A stretch of DNA of 64,000 nucleotides from Candidatus Latescibacterota bacterium (GCA_963662665.2 CAXXJS010000040.1:352001-416000); one strand, 5' to 3'. Counted from the first letter of the stretch, positions 30,075-40,098 are shown. Program-made: numbers and translations. Notes: generated by a model from the sequence alone, not told the origin.

Positions 30075-32351
30075 ATGAAAAAGACAATGTTACGGACGAT
30101 CGCACTCCTGGTCATGTCCCAGGTGTTCGTGAGCGCCGGAAATGCGGAACTCCGGGTCCAGTCCCGCGCGAAGGTGTGGGATATTTACTGGAACTCGGGC
30201 ACCCAGGGGGTGCGCGCCGCTACGCCCATGAGCTGGTACCGACCCGTGGGTATGTCCTATCCCGGCAGGTTCTGGGTGCAGTTCCCCCAGGAATTCGTGG
30301 ATTACTGGGGCACCCGGCGCTGGGGCGTCCGGTCCGAGTGGGTGGTCTACTACAACGAATTATGCGGCACCATGCCCGGCTGGAACCAGTTCATCGCGAC
30401 GAGAGTCGGCGGCGAGTACCACGTTTCCGAATCCAAGGCCACGCTTGAATCCGAGGACGTGGTGCCGATGGCGTACGATCCTTCGCAGGGGCCGGAGAGC
30501 AATATCGGTTACCGGAAGGTATCGCCCCTCGGCCCCGTCATGGCCAACTGGTGGGCGGGCCAGCCCGCGCCGGGGCCCGGTTCGCCGGTGGAAATCCACA
30601 ACTACCGGTACAGCGAATATATGGAGGCCGACAAGGACAATTTTCCGGAGAGCATAATCGTCAGCAAATGGACCACGAAGAACGGCATCACGGTAACCAA
30701 GAAGTCTTACGCATGGAGCTATCCGGATTTCGACGACTTCCAGATTATGGAATATACGTTCGAGAACACCGGAGACTCCGACGGTGACGGCGTGGCGGAC
30801 CTCGGCGGCGGCGGGCTGCAGCTGAACGATACGTTTCTGATTTTCTCCACCCGCTTCTACACCTCCCAGTGCGGCCAGGCCCACTATGCCGGGGATTCGT
30901 TCTTCCGGCGCACAATCCCGATCTCACTGGACGATTGGTACAAGTATACGGAAGCGGCCAACTTCGACGGGCCGGGCGATGCGTTGGGGCTCAAGATGTG
31001 GTACGCCTTCGACGGGGAGAATCCCGATCTGCCGGGAAACGACATCGGCAAACCGTATAGCGAGGAACGTGCGAACTCGAGCTGGCACCAATGCTGTCTC
31101 AAGCAGACGAAGATTGAGGGCGAGATGGGGGCCTTCCAGTACATCGGCGCCGCCCCGCTGGCATATACCCCCGGGTCGGTCAACGATGCCTCGACCTTTA
31201 CGTTCGACACCGGCGGAGACGCGAGTTTCGTGGCGCCCCGGGTAGCGGATCAGCCCCACACGGTAAAATGGTGGGACTACCGGGACCGCACCGATTTTTC
31301 GGAACCCGGTTCCGAGAACAAGAGTTCGGAGCAAATCTACAACGAACTGACCAGTCCCGCGCCATCCATCATGGACAATCCCACCACGGTAGACGGGCTC
31401 ACCGCTTCCTTCGCCTATGGGCCGTACGACCTGGCCCCCGGCGACAAGGTGAGAATTGTCTACGCTCTGGTGGCGGCCGCGCCGGTGGAGGAGAATATCT
31501 GGGGCTGGGCCAAACAGAGCCGGCAGGAAGATATGCTGTCAGACAAACCCATGAACAACCTGCTGAAACACCATAAGGCCGCCACCGACGCCTTCAGGTG
31601 GAACTACGACCTGCCCGATCCCCCACCTGACGTCAAGACAGAAACCGCTGCGTCGGTCGACGGATTCAACCTGATCAAGTGGACCGATGCAGGCGACGAC
31701 GCGACCGACCCGGACTACACGGGCGCCGAGGCGCAGGATATCGTGGGCTACCGGGTCTACCGCTCGGACTATAAAATCGACGACTGGAAGCTGATGGCCG
31801 ATGTTCCGCTGAAGGACCCGGAATACTATAGCGGCGGCACCTACCAGGTTGAAGACAGGAGGTCCGTTGCGGGTTTCGAGTACACCTATCGGGTGGCCGC
31901 CTACGACTCAGGCCACGACGACTGGAACGGGACCGGGATGTCCATTCCCTCCATGGAGGGCGGCAACAGCGCGCCCGAGCAGTGGGCGGGCGGCGTAATG
32001 ACCAGCGTTCCCTTCGTGCCGGCCAACGCTTCGGCGGACCAGTTGGCGCGGGACGTGATCGTCGTCCCCAATCCGCATAAAGTGGACGGGGCCCACAACT
32101 ACCCATCCGCGGGTCTGATACGGTTCACCAATATCCCGCAAAAGTGCACGATCCGGATCTACACCGTGGCAGGCGAGCTTGCCGCCTTAATTAATCACAA
32201 CGATCCCGCCCGGGGCGAAGCCGGATGGGACCAGATCCCCCATTCGCGCGGCGGGGACGTGCCCGCCGGCGTCTACTACTGGATCGTCGAATCCCAGATG
32301 CCTGGGAGCGCGGGCCAGACACAGCGGGGCACGTTGATGATTATCAAGTAG
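30075..32351 (+). CDS. Secreted protein with FN3-like domain and a T9SS type-A-CTD/FlgD-Ig-like C-terminus
   Basis: Sec signal ending AGNA with no lipobox; GYRVYRS...YRVAAYD (FN3); C-terminal VVPNP...IRFTNIP..CTIRIYTVAGEL...WD...AGVYYW...GTLMIIK. Confidence 0.8.
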   Translation: MKKTMLRTIALLVMSQVFVSAGNAELRVQSRAKVWDIYWNSGTQGVRAATPMSWYRPVGMSYPGRFWVQFPQEFVDYWGTRRWGVRSEWVVYYNELCGTMPGWNQFIATRVGGEYHVSESKATLESEDVVPMAYDPSQGPESNIGYRKVSPLGPVMANWWAGQPAPGPGSPVEIHNYRYSEYMEADKDNFPESIIVSKWTTKNGITVTKKSYAWSYPDFDDFQIMEYTFENTGDSDGDGVADLGGGGLQLNDTFLIFSTRFYTSQCGQAHYAGDSFFRRTIPISLDDWYKYTEAANFDGPGDALGLKMWYAFDGENPDLPGNDIGKPYSEERANSSWHQCCLKQTKIEGEMGAFQYIGAAPLAYTPGSVNDASTFTFDTGGDASFVAPRVADQPHTVKWWDYRDRTDFSEPGSENKSSEQIYNELTSPAPSIMDNPTTVDGLTASFAYGPYDLAPGDKVRIVYALVAAAPVEENIWGWAKQSRQEDMLSDKPMNNLLKHHKAATDAFRWNYDLPDPPPDVKTETAASVDGFNLIKWTDAGDDATDPDYTGAEAQDIVGYRVYRSDYKIDDWKLMADVPLKDPEYYSGGTYQVEDRRSVAGFEYTYRVAAYDSGHDDWNGTGMSIPSMEGGNSAPEQWAGGVMTSVPFVPANASADQLARDVIVVPNPHKVDGAHNYPSAGLIRFTNIPQKCTIRIYTVAGELAALINHNDPARGEAGWDQIPHSRGGDVPAGVYYWIVESQMPGSAGQTQRGTLMIIK

Positions 32352-32410
32352 GGGCAGATCTCTATTTCTTTTCGGCTCAGGTCCATACTGAAACTTAAGG
32401 AGATGAAGCG

Positions 32411-33364
32411 ATGAAACGGACGTTGTGGATCGGACTGACAGTGGCGGTGATCTGCGCCCTGCTCTACCCGCGGGGGACAGATGCCCAGGACCAGCGGCGA
32501 TTGTCGCGGATGGTCCTCCCTGTTCTGAAGATCGATCACGGGGCGCGAATGGCAGGTATGGGCGGTGCGTTTGTGGCCGTATCGGACAATATCGACGCCA
32601 TCTTTTCGAATCCTGCGGGCCTCACGCATATCGAACGTGCCGCGTTTACGCTCGGTTACACCCGGTGGCTGATGAGCGACTACATCCTTACGGGTGGGAT
32701 GGCCTACAACACGGCGTACGGCGTTCTGGGCGTTAACGTGGTCACGTTCACCCCCAAGGCATTCGAAGAGACAACTATTTTTCAGCCCACGGGGACGGGT
32801 CGCGAACCGGATATGGGTGATCTCTCGCTGGGGGTGGTCTACGCCAGAAAACTGACGGACAAACTCTCCGTCGGCTCAATGTTCCGCTGGACGCAACAAA
32901 CACTCGATACAGACCGGCTGAATGCGTGGGACGTGGGCGTATCCACGTATTTCTACACCGGTTTCAGGAGCCTGCGTCTGGGCATGACCTTCGAGAATAT
33001 GGGCAAGGACGTCAAGGTGATCGATGACGTCAGAAAAATGCCGGTTGCCTTCAGCACGGCCGCGGCAATGGAAATTGTCGGCGCCACCGGCGACCCGACG
33101 TATATGACGGTAACCTTCGAAAACACGTACGCCACGGATTTCGCGGATCCGCAGTACCGGTTCGGCGGCGAACTCTGGCTTCAGAACAGCTTTGCCCTCC
33201 GGGCGGGCTATAAGGCAAACTTCGACGAAGAGTCCTGGACGGTCGGGGCGGGGTTGAAATTCTCGATGCCGAACGGACGGGTCGTGCAGGCCGACGTCGC
33301 GTACAGCGATTTCGGCGTGTACCTGGATGCCCCATTGCGGTTCACGCTTAGCGGCGCGTTCTGA
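32411..33364 (+). CDS. PorV/PorQ family outer-membrane protein
   Basis: LKIDHGARMAGMGGAFVAVSD..AIFSNPAGL is the PorV/FadL-like N-terminus; ALRAGY; ends in F. Confidence 0.87.
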   Translation: MKRTLWIGLTVAVICALLYPRGTDAQDQRRLSRMVLPVLKIDHGARMAGMGGAFVAVSDNIDAIFSNPAGLTHIERAAFTLGYTRWLMSDYILTGGMAYNTAYGVLGVNVVTFTPKAFEETTIFQPTGTGREPDMGDLSLGVVYARKLTDKLSVGSMFRWTQQTLDTDRLNAWDVGVSTYFYTGFRSLRLGMTFENMGKDVKVIDDVRKMPVAFSTAAAMEIVGATGDPTYMTVTFENTYATDFADPQYRFGGELWLQNSFALRAGYKANFDEESWTVGAGLKFSMPNGRVVQADVAYSDFGVYLDAPLRFTLSGAF

Positions 33365-33390
33365 GTCTTCAGGAAGAGTCGTCTGTAAGA

Positions 33391-33425
33391 GAAATGGCGG
33401 TCCTCAGGGATTGCCATTTCTTTTT
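33391..33425 (+). terminator. Rho-independent terminator closing the TBDR cassette
   Basis: GAAATGGCGGTCC-TCAG-GGATTGCCATTTC followed by TTTTT. Confidence 0.85.
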
Positions 33426-33499
33426 AGGTGCCGGATTTCGACAAGGGACGCGACTATAAGGTGACGAGGACTCAATCATGGCTGACGGTGCATGATTCG

Positions 33500-33526
33500 G
33501 TACCGCAAACTGCCAGTTTGCGGCAC
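33500..33526. repeat. REP-like palindrome, family A
   Basis: GTACCGCAAACTG-C-CAGTTTGCGGCAC. Confidence 0.75.
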
Positions 33527-33576
33527 GGTCGATTCAGGTTCCCCGAAAAACGACGAATCATGGTTAGAGGTCTGTA

Positions 33577-34803
33577 GTGAATCGATTTCATAAGATCTGT
33601 CTGACGTGCGATGCAAAACAACAGGACGCCGCAGCCTTGAACTGTGGTCTCTGCGGCGGTCCGCTGGGGTTCAGATACAGCTATGACGAGGTTACGTGGG
33701 ACGACCGCTTCGAGGGGACCATGTGGCGTTACTGGCCCACGCTTCCGGTCGACGGTCCGGACGGGGCTGTCACCTTGGACGAAGGCGGCACCCCCCTGCT
33801 TTCCGCACAAAGCTTCAACGGACATCGGGTCTATCTGAAGGACGAAACCCGCAACCCCACCGGGTCCCATAAGGACCGTTCGCTTTCGGTCGCAATCACA
33901 CACGCGAAGGCCATCGGCGCGGATGTTTCCGTCATTGTATCAACGGGCAGCGCGGGCATCTCGAACGCGGCCCTGGCGGCCAGGGCCGGAATGCGAAGTG
34001 CGGTGGTCATGACAGAAGGAACGCCGCCGGAGCGCCTCTACCCCATGTTCGGCCTGGGCGCCGTGCTTCTCGAGGTGAGGGCGCAGATCGACCCGATTGT
34101 GGAGGGAGTCATTTCTGTATGTCGTGAACAAGGACTCTATCTGAGTACCACCAGCCGGAATTCCAATCCGTACCAATGCGAAGGAAACAAGACGATCGCG
34201 TACGAGATAGTGGAGGAACTTGGCAGGGCGCCGGACTGGGTCGTGGTTCCCGTGGGCGGCGGCGGAACGGTCTCGGGGATCTGGCGGGGATTCCGGGATT
34301 GCCAGGCGCTCGGACTCATTGACACCCTTCCCGGAATGATCGGTGTGGTGCCTCGAGACTACAATGCGCTGGAGGTGGCCGTCGAACGCGGGTTGGAACA
34401 ATGGGAAGAGGTACTGTCGCTGAACTATGACGACCGGCCACCTTCGATACTTGTGAAGCTTGCCCATAGCTATCCACCCGACGGCATGGAAGCTTTGGAG
34501 ACCATTCGTTCGTCGAAAGGGTTCTTTGTTTCCGTCACGGACGAGGAAGCTCTTTCGGCCCAGGAAGCCTGCGGCCGGAAGGAAGGGCTGTTCGTGGAAC
34601 CTTCAACGGGCGCATGCCTGGCCGGCACAACCCGCCTGATGGATTCGGGACGTGTCGGTCCCGAGGATATCGTGGTCGCCATCGTGAGCGGCTCCGGGTA
34701 CCGAGAAACGGCGTGTACCATGGTCGAGCGTCCGCTCGCAACACAGGCGATATCCATAGAGGAACTGTCCGGTACCCTATCGGGATTTGCCGGCATGGAC
34801 TGA
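33577..34803 (+). CDS. Threonine-synthase-like PLP enzyme (fold type II)
   Basis: N-terminal CxxC..CxxC, LDEGGTPL, NPTGSHKDR (PLP Lys), VPVGGGG, EGLFVEPS. Confidence 0.88.
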   Translation: MNRFHKICLTCDAKQQDAAALNCGLCGGPLGFRYSYDEVTWDDRFEGTMWRYWPTLPVDGPDGAVTLDEGGTPLLSAQSFNGHRVYLKDETRNPTGSHKDRSLSVAITHAKAIGADVSVIVSTGSAGISNAALAARAGMRSAVVMTEGTPPERLYPMFGLGAVLLEVRAQIDPIVEGVISVCREQGLYLSTTSRNSNPYQCEGNKTIAYEIVEELGRAPDWVVVPVGGGGTVSGIWRGFRDCQALGLIDTLPGMIGVVPRDYNALEVAVERGLEQWEEVLSLNYDDRPPSILVKLAHSYPPDGMEALETIRSSKGFFVSVTDEEALSAQEACGRKEGLFVEPSTGACLAGTTRLMDSGRVGPEDIVVAIVSGSGYRETACTMVERPLATQAISIEELSGTLSGFAGMD

Positions 34804-34861
34804 ACGGTCCGGGCGCCCGGACCATTCTTTGGTCTGCGCACCGGGACAAGGACGTAGAGAA

Positions 34862-34886
34862 GGGCAGACAGAAATGTCTGCCCCAC
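34862..34886. repeat. REP-like palindrome, family B
   Basis: GGGCAGACA-GAAA-TGTCTGCCCCAC (minus strand GTGGGGCAGACATTTCTGTCTGCCC), intergenic. Confidence 0.7.
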
Positions 34887-34936
34887 CTTCAAACACACTT
34901 CATCAACGGCTCGATACTGGCGAAGGAACCGACTGG

Positions 34937-35959
34937 ATGTCACTGCATCTTGCACAATGGCGCCGTCGCGAAGAACCGATTCTGTCCGCGCTGACCACCC
35001 GGCAGAACTGGTGCCGGGTTGAACTCTACAACCCGACGGTGGTCCGCGCCGCAGACAGGTACATGATGTGGTACATCGCTCACGGTACCGCCACCCGTAC
35101 AGACGATTCGGTCGTGGGCTTCGCGGAATCGGACGACGGAATCCACTGGAACGAGCACCCGGACAACCCCATCCTCACCCGCGACGATCTGCCCGCCTGC
35201 GACGCGTGGCAGACGCCCCATGTGATCTTCGACGCGGACGAGGGCCTGTACAAGATGTGGTTCATTATGTCGACCGTTGTACGGGGCGGTCCAACCTGGC
35301 TCGTGAGCTTCGAACAGCAACTGGGTTATGCCACCAGCCGCGACGGGCTGAAATGGGACGTTCATCCCGAGCCGATCTATCACAGCGGGCGACGTCCGTG
35401 CGTGATCAAAGACGGGCCGGGCGCCTACCGGATGTGGATGAACTCATCCCCAACGCCCGACGGGAGCTTCGACGACCTGGTACATCATATCTATCGCTTC
35501 GAGTCCACGGACGGCCTCAGCTGGACGCGGGACCCGGAACCCGCCGTGAGCTACAACGAAAAGCTCCGGGGAACGGTCTATCCATTCGTTATGCGGGAAG
35601 GCGACGGATACATCATGTGGTACGGGGCCTGGCCCGCCAAAGGCGAAGTGTTGATCGACGCGGGGTCCGAATCGCCGCTGGTCCGCCCCGTATTCGAGAT
35701 CTACTGTTCCACGTCGTCCGACGGTCTGAATTGGACCCACCACCAGGACACCCCCGCCCTGCCGGCAACGCGCAATCCTTTAGACTACGACGGGCGGTAT
35801 ACTTCCACGCCGTGCGTCGTCGACGGCGGAGACCGCTATCTGATGTACTATTCCGCCAGGGACTGGGGTACCCTCTATAGAACGGGAGCCGACACGCTGG
35901 GCATCGATAAGGCCGGAATCTACCGCCACGTCGGCGTGGCCGTGTGTCCCAAGACTTGA
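34937..35959 (+). CDS. Five-bladed beta-propeller glycoside-hydrolase-like protein (GH32/43/130-like)
   Basis: Repeated YxMWY and S.DG..W blade motifs; start after GAAGGA; no signal peptide. Confidence 0.78.
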   Translation: MSLHLAQWRRREEPILSALTTRQNWCRVELYNPTVVRAADRYMMWYIAHGTATRTDDSVVGFAESDDGIHWNEHPDNPILTRDDLPACDAWQTPHVIFDADEGLYKMWFIMSTVVRGGPTWLVSFEQQLGYATSRDGLKWDVHPEPIYHSGRRPCVIKDGPGAYRMWMNSSPTPDGSFDDLVHHIYRFESTDGLSWTRDPEPAVSYNEKLRGTVYPFVMREGDGYIMWYGAWPAKGEVLIDAGSESPLVRPVFEIYCSTSSDGLNWTHHQDTPALPATRNPLDYDGRYTSTPCVVDGGDRYLMYYSARDWGTLYRTGADTLGIDKAGIYRHVGVAVCPKT

Positions 35960-35997
35960 TATGTCATCCTTAGAAGCTGGTTTAATGAGGAGAACGA

Positions 35998-38010
35998 GTG
36001 GAAGGCTCTCAAGCCCGAAGCCGGTGGAATCGGACCGACCCGCAACAACGCGCGTCTTCGGAGCATCAACCTGCGTCTTCCCGGGACGGTCTCACGTTGC
36101 GGGCTTTCCTTATCGGACTCGGACTTTGCGTGTTTCTCGGTGTCGCGCTGACGCACAACCGGATGGTCGTCCAGGGGCCCTTCATGGGCAATTACTTTAT
36201 GGACCGGGGCGTACTGTTCGTCTTCTTTGTCCTCGTTCTGGCCGTAAACCCCCTGGCGGGGGCCCTGAAGCGCCGGTTTGCGCTGGGGCGAGGCGAGTTG
36301 CTGGCCATCTACGTCATGTTGCTGTTTCTGATGCCGTCGTGGAAAATCACCAAGGCCCTGCTGGGCTTCATGACCGGCGTGACCTACTATGCCTCGCCGG
36401 AAATGCGGCACCTGGAAGCGGTGTTGCCCTATGCCCTTCCGTGGCTGTCGATCCTGGATACGGGAGCCGTACGGGGGCTGTACGACGGCCTTCCCGCCGG
36501 CGACCCGGTGCCCTGGTGGACGTGGGTGGTTCCCATGTGGAGCTGGGGGTCGTTCCTGGTCGTACTCTACGTCGTGCTCGTCTGCCTGGCCGTCCTGATG
36601 AGAAAGCAGTGGGAAGAGCACGAACGGTTTGCGTTTCCCATCATGCAGGTCCCGCTCGAGATGAGCGAGGCGGGGGCGCGAAAGGTGGGACCCCTGTTCC
36701 GCAACAGGATGATGTGGGCAGGGTTCGCGGTTCCATTTCTGATCGGATTGTTGAACGGGCTTCAGAGGTACTATTACTCTCTTCCCCGGATTCACCTGCG
36801 AACCGTGATCTGGATCTTCCGCCGGGCGATTCCCTTGCACATCGGTCTTCATTTCGCCATCCTTGGGTACTCGTATTTCGTGAATACGGACGTGAGCCTG
36901 AGCATCTGGCTGTTCAACGTCATCGCAAAATGCATCAGCGGAATTCTGGCCATCGTAGGGGCGGAAACTTACGGCGTTTCCGGCGTGGTGGGCCGGCACA
37001 GTTCGCAGGGATCGGAATTGCTGGCGATGATGGGCATGGGCTATATGCTCGGCCTGGCGGGGTACAGTCTGTGGATCGCGCGGGGGCACCTGCGTGAGGT
37101 CTGGGCCAGCGCGATGGGCCGACCGTCGCGCCTGGACGACTCGGAAGAGGTCATCCCCTATCGATCCGCGGTGGCCGGCATTGTTGCGGGAACGCTCTAT
37201 CTCGGATGCTGGCTCTACCAGGCGGGCATCTCTCCTCATCTCGTCCTGCTGCTGGGCTTTTTCTGCTTTGTCGTCTTTCTGGTGCTCGCCCGGATCGTGA
37301 GCGAGACCGGATATTCCGTCACCTATTCCCCACTGAACCCGTCCGAGTTCGTGGTGTGCGCGGTGGGATCAGCGGCGTTCGGACCAACGGGGTTGACTTC
37401 TCTCGGCGTCAGTTTCGCCTGGACGATGACCCGGTTGAATACGCTGATGCCGAGGGCCTCGGGCGCGCTGCGGCTCGCACGTGAGATCGGGCGCAAGCGG
37501 GGGCTGGTGGTGGCGATGGGCGCCGCGCTGGCCGCCGGCCTGATCGCCGCGAGTTATATGACGCTTCAACTGGGGTACGAACACGGCGGCCGCAACCTGG
37601 ACTACTGGTTCCGGGACGTGAACGACTGTGCGCTGCCGTTCGACGAATACATCGGTCGCAGGCTGCTCTCACCCTCGCCGATCTTCTATCCCGGATTTCT
37701 TTATACGGCGCTGGGCGCGGCCGTTGTCGTCGCTCTGATGTCGCTCCGGTCGCGGCTCCCGTGGTGGCCGCTGCACCCGGTGGCGCTGCCGGTGAGCACA
37801 ATCGCCTATACGCACAACTACTTTTTCAGCGTGTTTCTCGCATGGGGAATCAAAGCGCTCGTGCTGAAGTTTGGAGGCGCCAATCTTTACAGGATGACGC
37901 GGCCGTTCTTCATGGGAATTATCCTCGGTGAGGCGGTCTGCCTGGGGATGTGGATCGTTATCGACAGCATCACCGGCAAAGTGGGCGGGATCTGGATCCT
38001 GCAACCGTGA
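35998..38010 (+). CDS. Large integral membrane protein (DUF6785/DUF6784-type, putative transporter)
   Basis: Many TM helices; RKQWEEHERFAFPI, RIVSETG, WWPLHPV and PFFMGIILGE motifs; GAGGAG RBS with GTG start. Confidence 0.8.
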   Translation: MEGSQARSRWNRTDPQQRASSEHQPASSRDGLTLRAFLIGLGLCVFLGVALTHNRMVVQGPFMGNYFMDRGVLFVFFVLVLAVNPLAGALKRRFALGRGELLAIYVMLLFLMPSWKITKALLGFMTGVTYYASPEMRHLEAVLPYALPWLSILDTGAVRGLYDGLPAGDPVPWWTWVVPMWSWGSFLVVLYVVLVCLAVLMRKQWEEHERFAFPIMQVPLEMSEAGARKVGPLFRNRMMWAGFAVPFLIGLLNGLQRYYYSLPRIHLRTVIWIFRRAIPLHIGLHFAILGYSYFVNTDVSLSIWLFNVIAKCISGILAIVGAETYGVSGVVGRHSSQGSELLAMMGMGYMLGLAGYSLWIARGHLREVWASAMGRPSRLDDSEEVIPYRSAVAGIVAGTLYLGCWLYQAGISPHLVLLLGFFCFVVFLVLARIVSETGYSVTYSPLNPSEFVVCAVGSAAFGPTGLTSLGVSFAWTMTRLNTLMPRASGALRLAREIGRKRGLVVAMGAALAAGLIAASYMTLQLGYEHGGRNLDYWFRDVNDCALPFDEYIGRRLLSPSPIFYPGFLYTALGAAVVVALMSLRSRLPWWPLHPVALPVSTIAYTHNYFFSVFLAWGIKALVLKFGGANLYRMTRPFFMGIILGEAVCLGMWIVIDSITGKVGGIWILQP

Positions 38011-38064
38011 GCATGGGGAGGGGGCGGCTTGAGTGCCGTCAGATCAAACGAAGAGGGTACCTAT

Positions 38065-38889
38065 ATGGATTCAGGAGCAGATCAAATGAAGAGCGAACTG
38101 AATCAGATGCGCGTCAACGGCTGGTGTGTCGTCAATAACGTCGTCCCTGGGGACCGGGTCGCGGCCGTGAGAGTGCGCGTTATGGATGCCGTGAATCGGC
38201 ACGCGAATGCCGAAACGCTCGACGACAAGGGCATCGGGCACGTCTCCGGCTTTGTCGCCCGGGAGCAGTCTTTCGCGCCCTATGTGGCGGATTCCGGGGT
38301 CATGGGTGTCGTCCAGGGGATGCTGGGCGATCACGTCCGGATCTCTTTCACCACCGCAACGGTCAACTTTCCCGGAAACCCGCGTGGCGCGTGGCATGCC
38401 GACTGGCCCTTCAACCAGAACAACGCCGGGCATATTCCCGCACCCTATCCCGACGCGGTGATGCACCTCACCACGCTATGGATGCTCTCCCCATTCAGCG
38501 AGAAGAACGGTGGGACCCTCATTCTCCCCGGAAGCCACCGTTCGAACAACAATCCCAGCGGGGAAAACGGATTCGACCCGCTCGGCGCGATTCCCGGTGA
38601 GTGCAACGCGGAAGGCGACGCCGGAAGCGTGCTGATGCTGGACAGCCGGCTCTGGCACGCCACGGCTTCCAACCGTTCCGACGAGCCGCGCGTGTCGGTC
38701 GTGATTCGCTACGCGCCCTGGTGGCTCGATACCGGTGTCCTGATGCCCGGGTCCGAAGCGCGCGAGCGGATGCTGGAGGCGACCGGTCTCAATGCGCCTG
38801 AGGTCCCGCCTGTTCCGCAAGAGGTCTATGATACCATGCATGAAAGGGTGAAGCCCTTGTTCCGGCACTGGGTTAGACCAGAGAATTGA
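38065..38889 (+). CDS. Phytanoyl-CoA dioxygenase (PhyH) family Fe(II)/2OG oxygenase
   Basis: WHAD (HxD), NGGTLILPGSH, DSRLWH, N.SDEPR. Confidence 0.9.
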   Translation: MDSGADQMKSELNQMRVNGWCVVNNVVPGDRVAAVRVRVMDAVNRHANAETLDDKGIGHVSGFVAREQSFAPYVADSGVMGVVQGMLGDHVRISFTTATVNFPGNPRGAWHADWPFNQNNAGHIPAPYPDAVMHLTTLWMLSPFSEKNGGTLILPGSHRSNNNPSGENGFDPLGAIPGECNAEGDAGSVLMLDSRLWHATASNRSDEPRVSVVIRYAPWWLDTGVLMPGSEARERMLEATGLNAPEVPPVPQEVYDTMHERVKPLFRHWVRPEN

Positions 38890-38918
38890 CAAATAACCCC
38901 CACAGCCCGCCCATGGCC

Positions 38919-38943
38919 GGGCGCCCACAAGGGACGCCCCTAC
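38919..38943. repeat. GTAG-type REP palindrome, family C
   Basis: Minus strand GTAGGGGCGTCCCTTGTGGGCGCCC, intergenic. Confidence 0.75.
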
Positions 38944-38984
38944 AAGGCGATCGGCAGTGACTCAGGCTGAAGGCGTTTGATCAG

Positions 38985-39011
38985 GTACCGCGAACTGGCA
39001 GTTCGCGGTAC
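38985..39011. repeat. REP-like palindrome, family A
   Basis: GTACCGCGAACT-GGC-AGTTCGCGGTAC, perfect 12-bp stem. Confidence 0.75.
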
Positions 39012-39135
39012 GGCCACGGGACCGTCACATCAGACGCATTGCGCGAACCATAGCCCTTCGATTACAGGCAATCGACACCCCTCTTTTTTCTGCGTCTTAT
39101 CGAAACGTGTCAATCTTGTAGGGAGGTGCATCGAG

Positions 39136-40089
39136 ATGGCGGAGACAGCAGCGAAAACCAGGTATACCGCACCGAATCCGGGATTCGGGTTCTCGGACGT
39201 GCCGCATACCGAATTCGACTATCCATTCCCGGCCCTGACCCTGGAACAGCGGATGCGGTTCGAGCTTTTCGGGTACACCATCGTCGAGGATCTGTTTGCT
39301 GAGCCGGAGTTGCGGTCCATAGAGGCGTCAGCCAACAAATTGAAGGCGGAAATCCTGGATGCGGCCGGCGACGTCGAGATCACGCCGCCTCCGCCGCCCA
39401 GGAAGTACGAGGACTTCAGAGACGGGGCGATCTGGCGGGCGAACCGGAGAAGGACGGATTCGGGCGACCTTCACATGGAACGTCTGGAGATCGAGAACGT
39501 GCTGGGGCTGGACCCCATCTACCTGTCGGTACTGACCAGACCCCGCGTCCTGGGGATCGCCACGGAACTGCTGGGAGGGACGTTTCGCTTCCACCAGGTC
39601 GCCGTCCGCTTCAACCGGCGTTCCGAAACCCCCGTTTTGGGATGGCACGGCGGGGTGACCCGGCACAAGGACCGGGCGGTCCGTAAGAATGGCTGGTTCC
39701 ATACGCAGATCCTGGGATTGATCCTCTATCTCACAGACGTGGGCCCGGGTGACGGCGGAACCGGGATCTTTGCGGGAAGTCACAGACTCGACCTCTCATA
39801 CGACGATTTGAAGCAGTACATCACGGACCATCCGGACTCCGAGTTTTTCCACCAGACCACGGCGAAGCGAGGTTCCGCGCTGCTGTTCGCCGACGGCCCG
39901 CTGATGCACCGGACCATCAACATTGAGACGGACAAGGAACGGCTGATCATGCTCTCGCGGATTGTCCATTCAGACTACGAGTTCGGCGGCATGGAGTCGC
40001 TCGGTCTGACCGACCACGTACCGCATGAGCTCATGCCGCTGTTCTATGGACGGGCGTTCACGCCCAGATATCGACCCCGCGGGGAATAG
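39136..40089 (+). CDS. PhyH family Fe(II)/2OG enzyme with WHGG motif
   Basis: FELFGYTIVEDL, GWHGG, YLTDVGPGDGGT..FAGSH, LMH; GGGAGG RBS. Confidence 0.85.
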   Translation: MAETAAKTRYTAPNPGFGFSDVPHTEFDYPFPALTLEQRMRFELFGYTIVEDLFAEPELRSIEASANKLKAEILDAAGDVEITPPPPPRKYEDFRDGAIWRANRRRTDSGDLHMERLEIENVLGLDPIYLSVLTRPRVLGIATELLGGTFRFHQVAVRFNRRSETPVLGWHGGVTRHKDRAVRKNGWFHTQILGLILYLTDVGPGDGGTGIFAGSHRLDLSYDDLKQYITDHPDSEFFHQTTAKRGSALLFADGPLMHRTINIETDKERLIMLSRIVHSDYEFGGMESLGLTDHVPHELMPLFYGRAFTPRYRPRGE

Positions 40090-40098
40090 CACACGGAG

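Noticed and set aside
34787-34936. Upstream starts for the propeller gene, including the ATG at 34874
   Set aside because: They overlap the previous gene or lie within the REP palindrome; similarity to the paralog begins after 34937.
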